Positions 14,599-23,650 of a stretch of DNA of 57,165 bases are shown here, one piece after another (position 1 is the first letter of the stretch; each line of letters opens with the position of its first letter). Below the pieces are notes generated by a model. It was given only the letters and a program-made list of their open reading frames with translations, ran no database searches and was not told where the DNA came from. Both the position numbers and the translations under genes were made by a program. Source of the stretch: a virus (lineage: Duplodnaviria; Caudoviricetes); the IMG/VR virus record IMGVR_UViG_3300032087_006388, positions 1 through 57,165 of that record. One strand, written 5' to 3'.

Positions 14599-15534
14599 AT
14601 GTACCTAATCAATCCAACTGAAGTATCAAACCTTGCCAACGTAGTACAAACTACCGCACGGGAATTCAAATTGCATGACGTTAGCGAATGTGATGACGTA
14701 AACGACGTATTGAATCACTTGAACGTCGGGCGCTATTCTAAAGTAGATATTCCACACGTTTGCAAGGGCTATTCTGTTATTAAAGACGATTTCGGGAATC
14801 CTTTAAGTATCGTTCAAGATACTTATGATTTGCTCCAACCACAAAGGGCTTTTGCTTTCATGGACTCACTACGTGAGCAAGTGGGCTTTACATATAGCAA
14901 AGCGGGCTTCTTACAGAATGGACGTCAGCTTTTCATTCAAGGCAAACTTGGCGATTTCGAAGTACCAACCACTAGCGCAAGACGTAAGGGCGATATACTG
15001 AACAAAATCATCACCGCAAAAACTTCATTTGATGGAAGTATTGCAACCACAATCGCCATTGAAATCTTAAGAGTTTGGTGTGACAATGGTTGCGCATCAT
15101 GGGAAAACGATTCCATAATTGGCAAGGTAAAGCATACCAAGAATCAAACCGCAAGAATGAATCTTGCCCTTTCCCATGCAACGGGCTTGCGTCAAGTGGT
15201 TCAAGATTTGGAAAACGATATTTCCACACTTTCCAATGTACAAATGACGGGCGAACAATTCGAGCAGATTGCCAATCGTGTATTTGCGGGCGATTCGACA
15301 AGGGCAGAAAATCAGCGCGATGCGGTAAAGGCTCAATTTGCAAACGAGCGTTTAGGCGCATTTGGAAGTACCGCGTGGGATGCAATGAATGCTTTCACCG
15401 CATGGGCGACTCATGAGCGCACGTCTCGCAATACAGAACAAACCACACGTGAAGAGAATCACTTTCGCGCACAATCCGATTCTGCTTTTCCTCGCAAGGT
15501 TCGCAAGGCAATTCAAGAGGTAATGGCGGTATGA
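14599..15534 (+). CDS. DUF932-family protein, copy 2
   Basis: YDLLQP, KAGFLQNGR, TSFDGS, RVWCDNG, VKHT, TAWDAMNAFT. Confidence 0.85.
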   Translation: MYLINPTEVSNLANVVQTTAREFKLHDVSECDDVNDVLNHLNVGRYSKVDIPHVCKGYSVIKDDFGNPLSIVQDTYDLLQPQRAFAFMDSLREQVGFTYSKAGFLQNGRQLFIQGKLGDFEVPTTSARRKGDILNKIITAKTSFDGSIATTIAIEILRVWCDNGCASWENDSIIGKVKHTKNQTARMNLALSHATGLRQVVQDLENDISTLSNVQMTGEQFEQIANRVFAGDSTRAENQRDAVKAQFANERLGAFGSTAWDAMNAFTAWATHERTSRNTEQTTREENHFRAQSDSAFPRKVRKAIQEVMAV

Positions 15535-15587
15535 TACTACTTGCCATAATAGCGGGCGCGTTCCTTATCAGTTTGACGTTGCCATAA
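15531..15587 (+). CDS. 18-aa hydrophobic peptide (twin of 10745..10801)
   Basis: MILLAIIAGAFLISLTLP; ATGA-coupled to DUF932 stop. Confidence 0.55.
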   Translation: MILLAIIAGAFLISLTLP

Positions 15588-15595
15588 TCTAAACC

Positions 15596-15621
15596 AAGCG
15601 CCCGAAAGGGCGCTTTTTTTT
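15596..15621 (+). terminator. intrinsic terminator
   Basis: AAGCGCCC-GAAA-GGGCGCTT plus T run. Confidence 0.9.
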
Positions 15622-15725
15622 GCGCTTAATCAAATACAAAAAACATTTGCAGGAAATACTTAAATAAAACAAATACTTACATACATACATATACATATAT
15701 ATACCAACAACACCAACAAAGCGGT

Positions 15726-15810
15726 ATTATCTCAACTAATGAAGGCTATTAGTTCGGCTTATGTCATCATGCTATAAAACAAACTAATGAGATTGATTAG
15801 TTAAACTTAT
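15726..15810. repeat. two pairs of ATTAG-N5-CTAAT-like boxes
   Basis: boxes at 15726, 15748, 15774, 15796. Confidence 0.6.
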
Positions 15811-15879
15811 GAAAAAAAACTAAAAAAAAAGAGTCTATTTGCTTGCAATCGTTTCCATATGTGCTTACTTTGTTTGTAT

Positions 15880-16401
15880 ATGAAAATTCAAATCGACTCA
15901 CAACTCGCCTCGCGCATCAGGGATGCACTTATCAATTCAAACGCAATCGGATTTGCTCGCCTAGTATCTTTTACTGATGCAAAGGTTTTGAAACGTAACA
16001 ATCCGAACCCTATCGTTTACAAACTATCGGATAGTTTGGTAAACCTAGGTTTTCATTATATCAATTCACTAAAGGCTCAGGCTAAGCGCGAGGGTAAAAC
16101 TTGCGAGTTTGACGTAAAGCCTCGCCAATGGGGAAGACGTATTGACGGCACAAGCCTAGTTCATCACGTGCTTAAAGACGGCACAGAAAAGTATTATCTA
16201 GAGGCTAAGGTTGAAAAAACCTTTTCAACTCGCTATTTCACCCCTGAAGGCTTGGAATTGACAAAGGATGAAGTTGAGCCTTATTTGCGCAAACCAAGCC
16301 ATAGCTCAACGCAAGAGCCTTTAGAAAAGAAAATTTTCTTACGTGATTATTCTCTAGAGAATATCGTTTCGATTAAGTTTGGCAAAAATGAGTTGAGTTG
16401 A
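15880..16401 (+). CDS. conserved phage hypothetical protein
   Basis: ORF 15859..16401; ATG 15880 lies behind TTGCAA(15843)-17-TACTTT; PRQWG and RDYSLENI motifs. Confidence 0.8.
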   Translation: MKIQIDSQLASRIRDALINSNAIGFARLVSFTDAKVLKRNNPNPIVYKLSDSLVNLGFHYINSLKAQAKREGKTCEFDVKPRQWGRRIDGTSLVHHVLKDGTEKYYLEAKVEKTFSTRYFTPEGLELTKDEVEPYLRKPSHSSTQEPLEKKIFLRDYSLENIVSIKFGKNELS

Positions 16402-16407
16402 AAACCA

Positions 16408-16434
16408 AGGGGGGGGGAAACCCCCCCCTATTTT
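16408..16434 (+). terminator. intrinsic terminator ending the early region
   Basis: G9-AAA-C8 hairpin then TATTTT. Confidence 0.75.
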
Positions 16435-16703
16435 CCAAAATTTTAAAATTTTCTAAAATTTTTTTTTGAAGCGGGGGGCCCTATTTTCAATATCGAAACA
16501 AAAAATCACATTTTTAATAAATAAAAGAAAATTAAACTATATAAGACTATATATCGATTTATATATACCCCCCCCTATTAAAAGAAAACAAAAGAATGAA
16601 TATTTGTATTGAAATATATAAAAACTTAAAAAAAATCCAAGGGGTATTTTTCGAAAAGGTGTAATATATAGTATATATTAAAAGATAAAAGGAGGGAAAA
16701 CAA

Positions 16704-17285
16704 ATGCTTAGAATAATTTGCTTAATATTTATATTGGTTATGCCTGCATGCTTAAATAAGGACTTTAACGAGCTCAAGGACATACCTAGAACTGGAGATG
16801 AACAAAAATACAGGATAATAGACAGAAATCGACTTGGATTTCATTTTAACTACCAAAAAGGACACAATTCAGTAAATATTGAAGTTCCTAGGGATGTTCA
16901 AATGATTTTGCTTGATAATAGATATCAAGAGGTTGATTACTTCTTCTTCTTAAAATTCAATAAATGGTTTAAAGATTTAGTCTTTCATAATGGAATTATG
17001 CCAATTATGCAAAACGAGACAATTGATTGTGATAATTTCGCAATGTTGTATAAGTCTTTATTTGGCGTGGCCGCCTATGCGTCGAAAAATAGTCAAGAAT
17101 TTGCTGTAGCAAGTATGGTTGTTGTGCAAATGCATGAATTTGGAGGAATTCCAAAAGGGGGAGTTCATATGCTAAATTTAGTATTTACAAATAAAGACTG
17201 GTATGTATTTGAGCCTCAAACTGGAGAATTTATAGAATTGCACAAATACCCAAACCAAAAATATATAAAATATATTATACTATAA
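16704..17285 (+). CDS. lipoprotein with papain/transglutaminase-like Cys-protease domain
   Basis: signal peptide ending MPA-C; DCDNFA (Cys), HMLN (His), FEPQ (Glu). Confidence 0.7.
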   Translation: MLRIICLIFILVMPACLNKDFNELKDIPRTGDEQKYRIIDRNRLGFHFNYQKGHNSVNIEVPRDVQMILLDNRYQEVDYFFFLKFNKWFKDLVFHNGIMPIMQNETIDCDNFAMLYKSLFGVAAYASKNSQEFAVASMVVVQMHEFGGIPKGGVHMLNLVFTNKDWYVFEPQTGEFIELHKYPNQKYIKYIIL

Positions 17286-17867
17286 TTAAAAAGAATATTG
17301 GAATCGGTCTATTATGTCTTGAAATTTTGATCTAATAATTTGTATAGATTCATCATTATAAAGAGTGCGATAATCGTCTGGTCTAATAAAGTTTTTATTG
17401 AAATTTCTTAATTTTGCTTTTGGTATATTGCATATATTGCAAAATTTATCAAATCCTGATTGTAATTCTTCAAATTTAATTATATAGTGATATCTATCAT
17501 AGTAATGAGAAGGAAGTGGCTCTATCAGCTTTACAAATTCATTAAAATCTTTATTTATCTTTTTTTTATATATTTTTTTTGTTTTTTCTTCTATTGTTTT
17601 GATGTAGCCATTTTCAGCATCTAATATATAGTGATAAAGAGATACCGCCCGATCCCAAGGATTTCTTACTGATACTAACCTCCTGAATTCTAGTGGATTT
17701 GCATTATTGGATTTAATTTCTTTGAAAAGAAAATCTAAACCGCAGTGGGGATTACATCTATAAAAATCAGAACCTATAGATTCTTGCAGGCCAGCCATAA
17801 TTGTACTTCCTGCACATTTGGCCACATGAGAAAATATAATTTTGTGTTTTATACTATAAGCTCCCAT
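17286..17867 (-). CDS. sulfotransferase (Sulfotransfer_2 family)
   Basis: 5'-PSB HVAKCAGST; 3'-PB RNPWDRAVSLY. Confidence 0.9.
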   Translation of the reverse strand: MGAYSIKHKIIFSHVAKCAGSTIMAGLQESIGSDFYRCNPHCGLDFLFKEIKSNNANPLEFRRLVSVRNPWDRAVSLYHYILDAENGYIKTIEEKTKKIYKKKINKDFNEFVKLIEPLPSHYYDRYHYIIKFEELQSGFDKFCNICNIPKAKLRNFNKNFIRPDDYRTLYNDESIQIIRSKFQDIIDRFQYSF

Positions 17868-18067
17868 TAAAAAACCTCATATTCAATTGATAAAAGATAA
17901 AAAACGTGCAAAGTCCTCTTGATTTCTATATAACAATAATAGTTTGATAATTTGTCCTTAAGTTCGTCAAAGTATTTTTGATTAATTAGCATTAAAATAG
18001 CACCAGAATCGGTGTATTTTATTTCATCTGAAAATTCATAGCATATATTGTATATAGAATCATTCAT
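17867..18067 (-). CDS. hypothetical protein
   Basis: 66 aa, overlaps both neighbours. Confidence 0.6.
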   Translation of the reverse strand: MNDSIYNICYEFSDEIKYTDSGAILMLINQKYFDELKDKLSNYYCYIEIKRTLHVFYLLSIEYEVF

Positions 18068-18779
18068 TTGAGGTCAAAAAGGCCCTTAAAGTCTTAATTA
18101 ATTTGCCAAAGCTTGCTCCATCAAGAACAACATGTTTAGCGCTGCAAAGAGATATAAAGTCATTATCTATATCAATGAGATCAATGCCAGTACTTTTATT
18201 AACTAAAACTTGCATGTTGAAAATATTACTAATATCATTAAAAATATTATTTAATCTCAATTTGTTTTCATCCACAGCTTCTTGACTAAACCTCCAGGTA
18301 TTATTTTTTTCATTATCGCCAAAATGCATTGCTCCAATAAATTTTATTTTATTTATTTCTGGGAAATTTTGAATTTTTTCTTTTATTTTTGCAATCAATT
18401 GATCTGGATAAAAAATAAATAACTTATGAACATGAGCATATGCTCTATCAGAATTTATTTCACCAAAAGGTTCCATTACGCAATCTCCTATTCGCATATT
18501 AATGTAAAGAGTTTCATCATCTAAATTAAGATTTTTTTTAGACTTGGAAATTAATTTTGCTATAGCTTTTTTATTTATCGATTCATCATCGTCAACGGAA
18601 AGCAAATATTTTTTCAAAAAAGTATTATCGTAATCAGGACTTCTAAGTATTTTGTCTCTATCTAAATGCCATCTCAAGCCTTTTTTAAATATCAGATCTC
18701 CAATTCTATAATGTTTATTTGAATTTAAGACAGGAATTAAACTAGCTAAATCTAATTCTTTTTTTTGAAAATTCTTCAT
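18060..18779 (-). CDS. putative glycosyltransferase, fucosyltransferase (GT11)-like
   Basis: YINMRIGD (HxRxGD-like) and DNDFISLCSAKHVV..ASFG motifs. Confidence 0.55.
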   Translation of the reverse strand: MKNFQKKELDLASLIPVLNSNKHYRIGDLIFKKGLRWHLDRDKILRSPDYDNTFLKKYLLSVDDDESINKKAIAKLISKSKKNLNLDDETLYINMRIGDCVMEPFGEINSDRAYAHVHKLFIFYPDQLIAKIKEKIQNFPEINKIKFIGAMHFGDNEKNNTWRFSQEAVDENKLRLNNIFNDISNIFNMQVLVNKSTGIDLIDIDNDFISLCSAKHVVLDGASFGKLIKTLRAFLTSNE

Positions 18780-19386
18780 AACCTAACCGCGAAATATCGC
18801 CCAAATATTTTTCGTATACAATATTGTAACTTGTATGATTGTAATATTTTTTATAATCATCATGATTGCTTGTGTTTAGCTTTTTAAGCAAAGGCCTGTT
18901 GATTCCAATTTTTTCACATATTATACTAAAAGAAGATTCTATTTCCTCAAGTGGAAATACATCTATATTTGTTAGATCATGATCTAGCCATCTAAGTTGA
19001 GGCATTAAATGTTGATATCTCTTGGATATATCTAAATCTTTCAAACGAAGAACAAACTCATAAAATGAAATTTCATTCAGATTCAATTCGTGCATTACAC
19101 GCAAGTCATCTTCTACCATGCCACCACATTTTAAATAATGATATGCACTGACTACCCTATCAAATGGATTTCTAGAAATAGCAAACTGGTAGTAATCCTG
19201 AACTTCTGGGAATTCTTTGTAATATTGACTTTGAAATGCATGTCCATACTTAAAAACATCTTCATCGCAAAAAGGATGTAATGCATCAATAATTGAACAT
19301 CCTCCATTTTTAGGTATATGAACAAAAACAAATTTATATCTATGACTTATCACAATATATGATATATTGTGTTTCATGAATATCAA
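18742..19386 (-). CDS. sulfotransferase (Sulfotransfer_2 family)
   Basis: HIPKNGGCS; RNPFDRVVSAY; HLMPQ; true start may be GTG at 19353. Confidence 0.92.
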   Translation of the reverse strand: MIFMKHNISYIVISHRYKFVFVHIPKNGGCSIIDALHPFCDEDVFKYGHAFQSQYYKEFPEVQDYYQFAISRNPFDRVVSAYHYLKCGGMVEDDLRVMHELNLNEISFYEFVLRLKDLDISKRYQHLMPQLRWLDHDLTNIDVFPLEEIESSFSIICEKIGINRPLLKKLNTSNHDDYKKYYNHTSYNIVYEKYLGDISRLGYEEFSKKRIRFS

Positions 19387-19412
19387 AATTTAAGCCATAC
19401 TTCTCGACAAAT

Positions 19413-20039
19413 TCATCCATAGCCAAATCTTTCAAAATCCTCTTTATATTTAGATATTACCAAGTTTTTAGATTCTTCATTATAATAATCAAGATAATTA
19501 TCTTTTATCGTTCGATTAAAGTGCGGCAAGCTCAACCCTTCTATTTTTGCTTTTTCAAATACATGGTCAATATCATTAGATATATCTTCAAGTTTTCCCA
19601 CAAAATCTACATCCAGGGGTATGAAGTCGCTTTGAGGTTGCCAATGATGGTTGTCTTTTTCATTGGTAAAATTCAAAAAATCAATAAAAGTTAATTCGTT
19701 AGGTTTATCCAAAAATTCTTTCATTTGCTCAACTTTTATTTTTTCATTTTCATTGATGGATTTTCCTGTAAACATTTTGAAATTAGATACCGCTCTCGCA
19801 AAAGGATTTCTGACAAAAGAGAACTTGAAGTATTCGCCAATGGGTCTTTTTGGAGTGGTTAGGCATTGAGCTCTTGAGAATAATAATTTTGTGATTGATG
19901 TAGATGCAACCTTGGGCACATTATAATAAATAATATTTAATTCTTCATCAATATATCTAAATGTATATTTCTTATCTTGTTTTTTTAGATGTTGTGCTGA
20001 AGGACAGGAGCACTTGATAAATTCACATTTTGGATTCAT
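19413..20039 (-). CDS. sulfotransferase (Sulfotransfer_2 family)
   Basis: NVPKVASTS; RNPFARAVSNF; HWQPQ; DFVGKLE. Confidence 0.92.
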   Translation of the reverse strand: MNPKCEFIKCSCPSAQHLKKQDKKYTFRYIDEELNIIYYNVPKVASTSITKLLFSRAQCLTTPKRPIGEYFKFSFVRNPFARAVSNFKMFTGKSINENEKIKVEQMKEFLDKPNELTFIDFLNFTNEKDNHHWQPQSDFIPLDVDFVGKLEDISNDIDHVFEKAKIEGLSLPHFNRTIKDNYLDYYNEESKNLVISKYKEDFERFGYG

Positions 20040-20074
20040 TTATAATAATAAATAAATTACGAATAAAATCTATT

Positions 20075-22336
20075 TCAAAAATCAAAATTTGGAAGCTCTG
20101 AAAAATCTCCAGAGAAGTTATACTTTAATTTTTCAAAATCTTTCTTGTAAACATTGTATACAATTTCCTTTTCTTCATTTGAATAATCGTACATCAATGA
20201 CTCAGAGCCTGTTTTTCTGATTTCGGATGTGTTTTTGTATTCAGAAATATTATTCATAATCTTTATATCTCTATCTATAGATTCAACCCTACCTATATAG
20301 TCAAAATCGCCACCTTCTAGAAAATAAATTTGAGGAAAAAAGTGTATTATATTTGTACTAGCATCCCTTATCCCATGATGTAGAAAATCAGAAAATGTGG
20401 CAAAATTATTTAAAAGATGACCTGCATATGCCAAATCATAATTATTAGAAGATCCTCCGTTAATTAAATATTTGTAGGCACTATAACATCTATCAAAAGG
20501 ATTTCTTACTAATGCAAAAACTTTTTTATCTTTAAGATCCTCTTTGCTTAAATCCAAAAATTTACAATGAGAATCTCCAGAGAAAACTCCTATATTTTTT
20601 TTTGTAAAATTCCCTGCACATTTAGGTATATGTATATATACTAATCCATTTTCGGAATCTATCGCATTCTTGATACTTTCTTCTTGACTTGATGTGTTTT
20701 TATTTTTTGAAAGAGATGCGATCAAGGGCTCTCTTTTCTTGCAAGAAGTTTGATATAAATTTGAAATTTCATAAAAATGATCTTTCACAAAAACATCTAT
20801 ATTTTTATTTGTAGAAATTTTTAGATTAAAATCTTTGCAAGAGTCGACGAAATCTATCCCCAGGAATGCTTTTCCAATTTCTGAAAAAATAAAATCTAAT
20901 AGAGGGGGCTCGTATATATTTATATAATTTAATATTTTTAATGTTTTCTTGTAAGCTTCTTGTTTTGGAAAAAAATAACCAGAAAAAATATAAAAAATAG
21001 AATTAATATTTATATATGGGTATGTTTTATTCAAACAACCCATTTTTTGATATTTAAATGCTGCAGAGACTATAGGATTCTCAAGAAAAATAAACGGCCA
21101 AAACCCAACCTTAAATGCTAAAGCTATCTTTTCTAGGTAAAGAGGTACGTCATTATCGAATTTATCGATAAAAAATTGATTGCATTCGATAAATAAAATA
21201 TGAATTTCTTGCTCTAAGTCGATCAATAAATTTAAATCTAAAAAATTCTTTATTTTATATTGATCAACAAGTTTTTGAGAAATAATCAAGTTTAAAAAAA
21301 TAGGTGTATGAGAATTATTCGACGTTAAATTCAATTTAAGAAAAACTGAATCAGGAGCCACTTCAGAATCGTTTGAATAAAATTCATCACAGACTCTATA
21401 AATATTTTTTTGACAAGAGATGTCTGTTTCTTGGTTTAAGTTGAAATAGAGGGGTATTTTAAACTTAGAATTATTTTCAAAATAGTGAATATTATATTCA
21501 TTTATATCAGGCTCTCTGGAAAAGCTTTTCTTTTGATGTAAAATCTTTCCATTATTGTATTGTTTTAAAATATCTTCACTTGAGATAACAAAGTCCCTAG
21601 GGTCACTAATATTCAAAATAAAATCTGTATCTAATGAGATAAAGTGTTTCTCATCCAGATCTTTTGTTACAAGATGTAAAGCAATATCAAAATTAAGATA
21701 TCCGTAATTATTATGCAAATTGTTTTTTATATATTTTTTAGAATTTAATATGGCTTTTTTTGTGGCCAAACTGTTTTTATAAATTGCCACTCCATTTAAA
21801 TGTTCTTTATATGGAGATTGATAGTGACTTTCGACCCGCCCTTTATATTTACTTCCAGCAATATTGAATTCATTTTTAATGCAAAAATCTTCGCAAGTAT
21901 CAAACCAAAAATCACTTAGTGGTCTGGTATCACACTCAAGCATTAAGAAGTATTCATGTTTGCTTTCGAACATTTTTTCCATTGCTTTATAGAAAAGCAA
22001 ATTAGCACCAGAAGTATAACCTAGATCTGGGATATTATCAGGCAATCTTTTTCTAACCCAAGGATACCAAAATAAATCTTCATCCTTTTCGATATTACAA
22101 TTAATTATTGTTAGAGAATTACAGTTCTTTTTATTGTTTATTGATTTTTTAAAAACTTCTAATTTAGAAACTAGTTTTTTTTCATCAAAATTATTTACAA
22201 AAACATATATATCAAAAGATTTTTTTTTACTAGGTTTAGCTTCTAAAAATTCACCCAAACTTTCACTTAGGTCTCCGCTTAAGATTTCTTCTATTGTGCA
22301 TATATAAAACACACATAATGTATCAGACGCAATCAT
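20075..22336 (-). CDS. multidomain protein: glycosyltransferase-like N-terminus plus C-terminal sulfotransferase
   Basis: N-term FLMLECD and HLNGVAIY; C-term HIPKCAGN, RNPFDRCYSAY, HFFPQ. Confidence 0.8.
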   Translation of the reverse strand: MIASDTLCVFYICTIEEILSGDLSESLGEFLEAKPSKKKSFDIYVFVNNFDEKKLVSKLEVFKKSINNKKNCNSLTIINCNIEKDEDLFWYPWVRKRLPDNIPDLGYTSGANLLFYKAMEKMFESKHEYFLMLECDTRPLSDFWFDTCEDFCIKNEFNIAGSKYKGRVESHYQSPYKEHLNGVAIYKNSLATKKAILNSKKYIKNNLHNNYGYLNFDIALHLVTKDLDEKHFISLDTDFILNISDPRDFVISSEDILKQYNNGKILHQKKSFSREPDINEYNIHYFENNSKFKIPLYFNLNQETDISCQKNIYRVCDEFYSNDSEVAPDSVFLKLNLTSNNSHTPIFLNLIISQKLVDQYKIKNFLDLNLLIDLEQEIHILFIECNQFFIDKFDNDVPLYLEKIALAFKVGFWPFIFLENPIVSAAFKYQKMGCLNKTYPYININSIFYIFSGYFFPKQEAYKKTLKILNYINIYEPPLLDFIFSEIGKAFLGIDFVDSCKDFNLKISTNKNIDVFVKDHFYEISNLYQTSCKKREPLIASLSKNKNTSSQEESIKNAIDSENGLVYIHIPKCAGNFTKKNIGVFSGDSHCKFLDLSKEDLKDKKVFALVRNPFDRCYSAYKYLINGGSSNNYDLAYAGHLLNNFATFSDFLHHGIRDASTNIIHFFPQIYFLEGGDFDYIGRVESIDRDIKIMNNISEYKNTSEIRKTGSESLMYDYSNEEKEIVYNVYKKDFEKLKYNFSGDFSELPNFDF

Positions 22337-22908
22337 TCAAAATTGTAGTCACAGACTTCGATTAAATCTTTATTTTTTTCAAAAACATCGATGAATAGTT
22401 TTTCGTTATACATATTTTTATAATTAAATTTGACAAAATTTAAGGGTGGGATAGATTTAAAATGAACTCCAATTACTTCTCCTAGAGCCTTAATATCTTC
22501 TTTGTAATTTTCGGCCCTAATAAAATATTTATCCATGTACAAGTAGGGAGGCTTCCAGTGTTCCGTTGTTTTATATTTTATATAATCATCAAAGCTTGAA
22601 ATTTTTAATTTAACTTGTTTTTTACCAGTATTATACCCAATGTATCCATTTCCATTTTTGCGAAAAAAATTATAATTATAAGCTATATACTTCCAGGGAT
22701 TTCCTACTATATAAACAAGTCTATAATTTCGGAAATCTTTGATTTTTTCTTTTATAAAATTTAATGTTATGTAATCATCTGGAAAGTTTGAAAATGTGAT
22801 TTGATTGTTTATAGATGAAGATATATAAGAAATTATGTTCAAACTTCGATTATCAAAAGGAATCTTGTTAATCAAGATAATTTTGTATTGTTCGGAAAAT
22901 AAAATCAT
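22333..22908 (-). CDS. degenerate sulfotransferase-like protein
   Basis: same layout as 17286 (VGNPWKY, FIRAENYKED, YKNMY) but PAPS-binding K and R motifs eroded. Confidence 0.65.
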   Translation of the reverse strand: MILFSEQYKIILINKIPFDNRSLNIISYISSSINNQITFSNFPDDYITLNFIKEKIKDFRNYRLVYIVGNPWKYIAYNYNFFRKNGNGYIGYNTGKKQVKLKISSFDDYIKYKTTEHWKPPYLYMDKYFIRAENYKEDIKALGEVIGVHFKSIPPLNFVKFNYKNMYNEKLFIDVFEKNKDLIEVCDYNFE

Positions 22909-22909
22909 A

Positions 22910-23650
22910 CTAAAATAAACCTCTTTCTATGGAGTCATGTATTATAACTGAATTGATCATTCTTTCAAGACAAAATGGAAGGCATGGAAAATATTCCAAG
23001 CCAGTAGATTGAATGAAAGAATTGCTGGGTTTAAAAGTTTCAAAATTTTCATCACCCTCGTGAGGATTCACATAATAAGACTCCTTGTTCATTATAAAAT
23101 TCACACGCGAATCTGAATAGTACAGTTCAAGAATAGGGCCGATAATTTTTTTAAAAAAATTAATATAGAAATCAGATCTAGCGACCCAGAAGTTACAATA
23201 AATTGGGTTTTTGATTAAAGTCAGTTCTCGCGTGATAAATTCTTTTTCAAATATATTATGTTGATATAATTTTTTTAATAAATCAAAATAGTGAATTCTG
23301 ATTTCGGGGTGGTCATCAAAAATGTCTTGAATTTTATCTGTTTTTTTATTTGGAAATATTTTGTAGTTATTTATCTTTGGTGAGATTATGGATGCTTGCG
23401 GGTTTTTATCTATAGCTTTTTCTATGGTTTTTAGAGAGTAATTCTTTAGCTTATTTCCCACAGAATGAGAGAAAAAACCTATCCATTCAGAATCAACATT
23501 CCATTTCTCATTTTTCAGGAAATGAAAAATAATTTCTGATTCAAATCCTGGAAAATGAAAGTCATTTCTGAGCCAAACAAAATCTTTATCAAGACTTGCC
23601 TCTTGGTCTTCCTTGTAATATATTTGATATATCTTTAACTTTTCTTTCAT
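22910..23650 (-). CDS. putative glycosyltransferase-related protein
   Basis: IYQIYY, WIGFFS, YCNFWVA, PFCLER motifs typical of phage glycan-cluster genes. Confidence 0.6.
   Translation of the reverse strand: MKEKLKIYQIYYKEDQEASLDKDFVWLRNDFHFPGFESEIIFHFLKNEKWNVDSEWIGFFSHSVGNKLKNYSLKTIEKAIDKNPQASIISPKINNYKIFPNKKTDKIQDIFDDHPEIRIHYFDLLKKLYQHNIFEKEFITRELTLIKNPIYCNFWVARSDFYINFFKKIIGPILELYYSDSRVNFIMNKESYYVNPHEGDENFETFKPSNSFIQSTGLEYFPCLPFCLERMINSVIIHDSIERGLF

Noticed and set aside
14937-15416. Four overlapping ORFs within DUF932 copy 2
   Set aside because: expected from locally higher GC; no RBS, promoter or recognisable motifs
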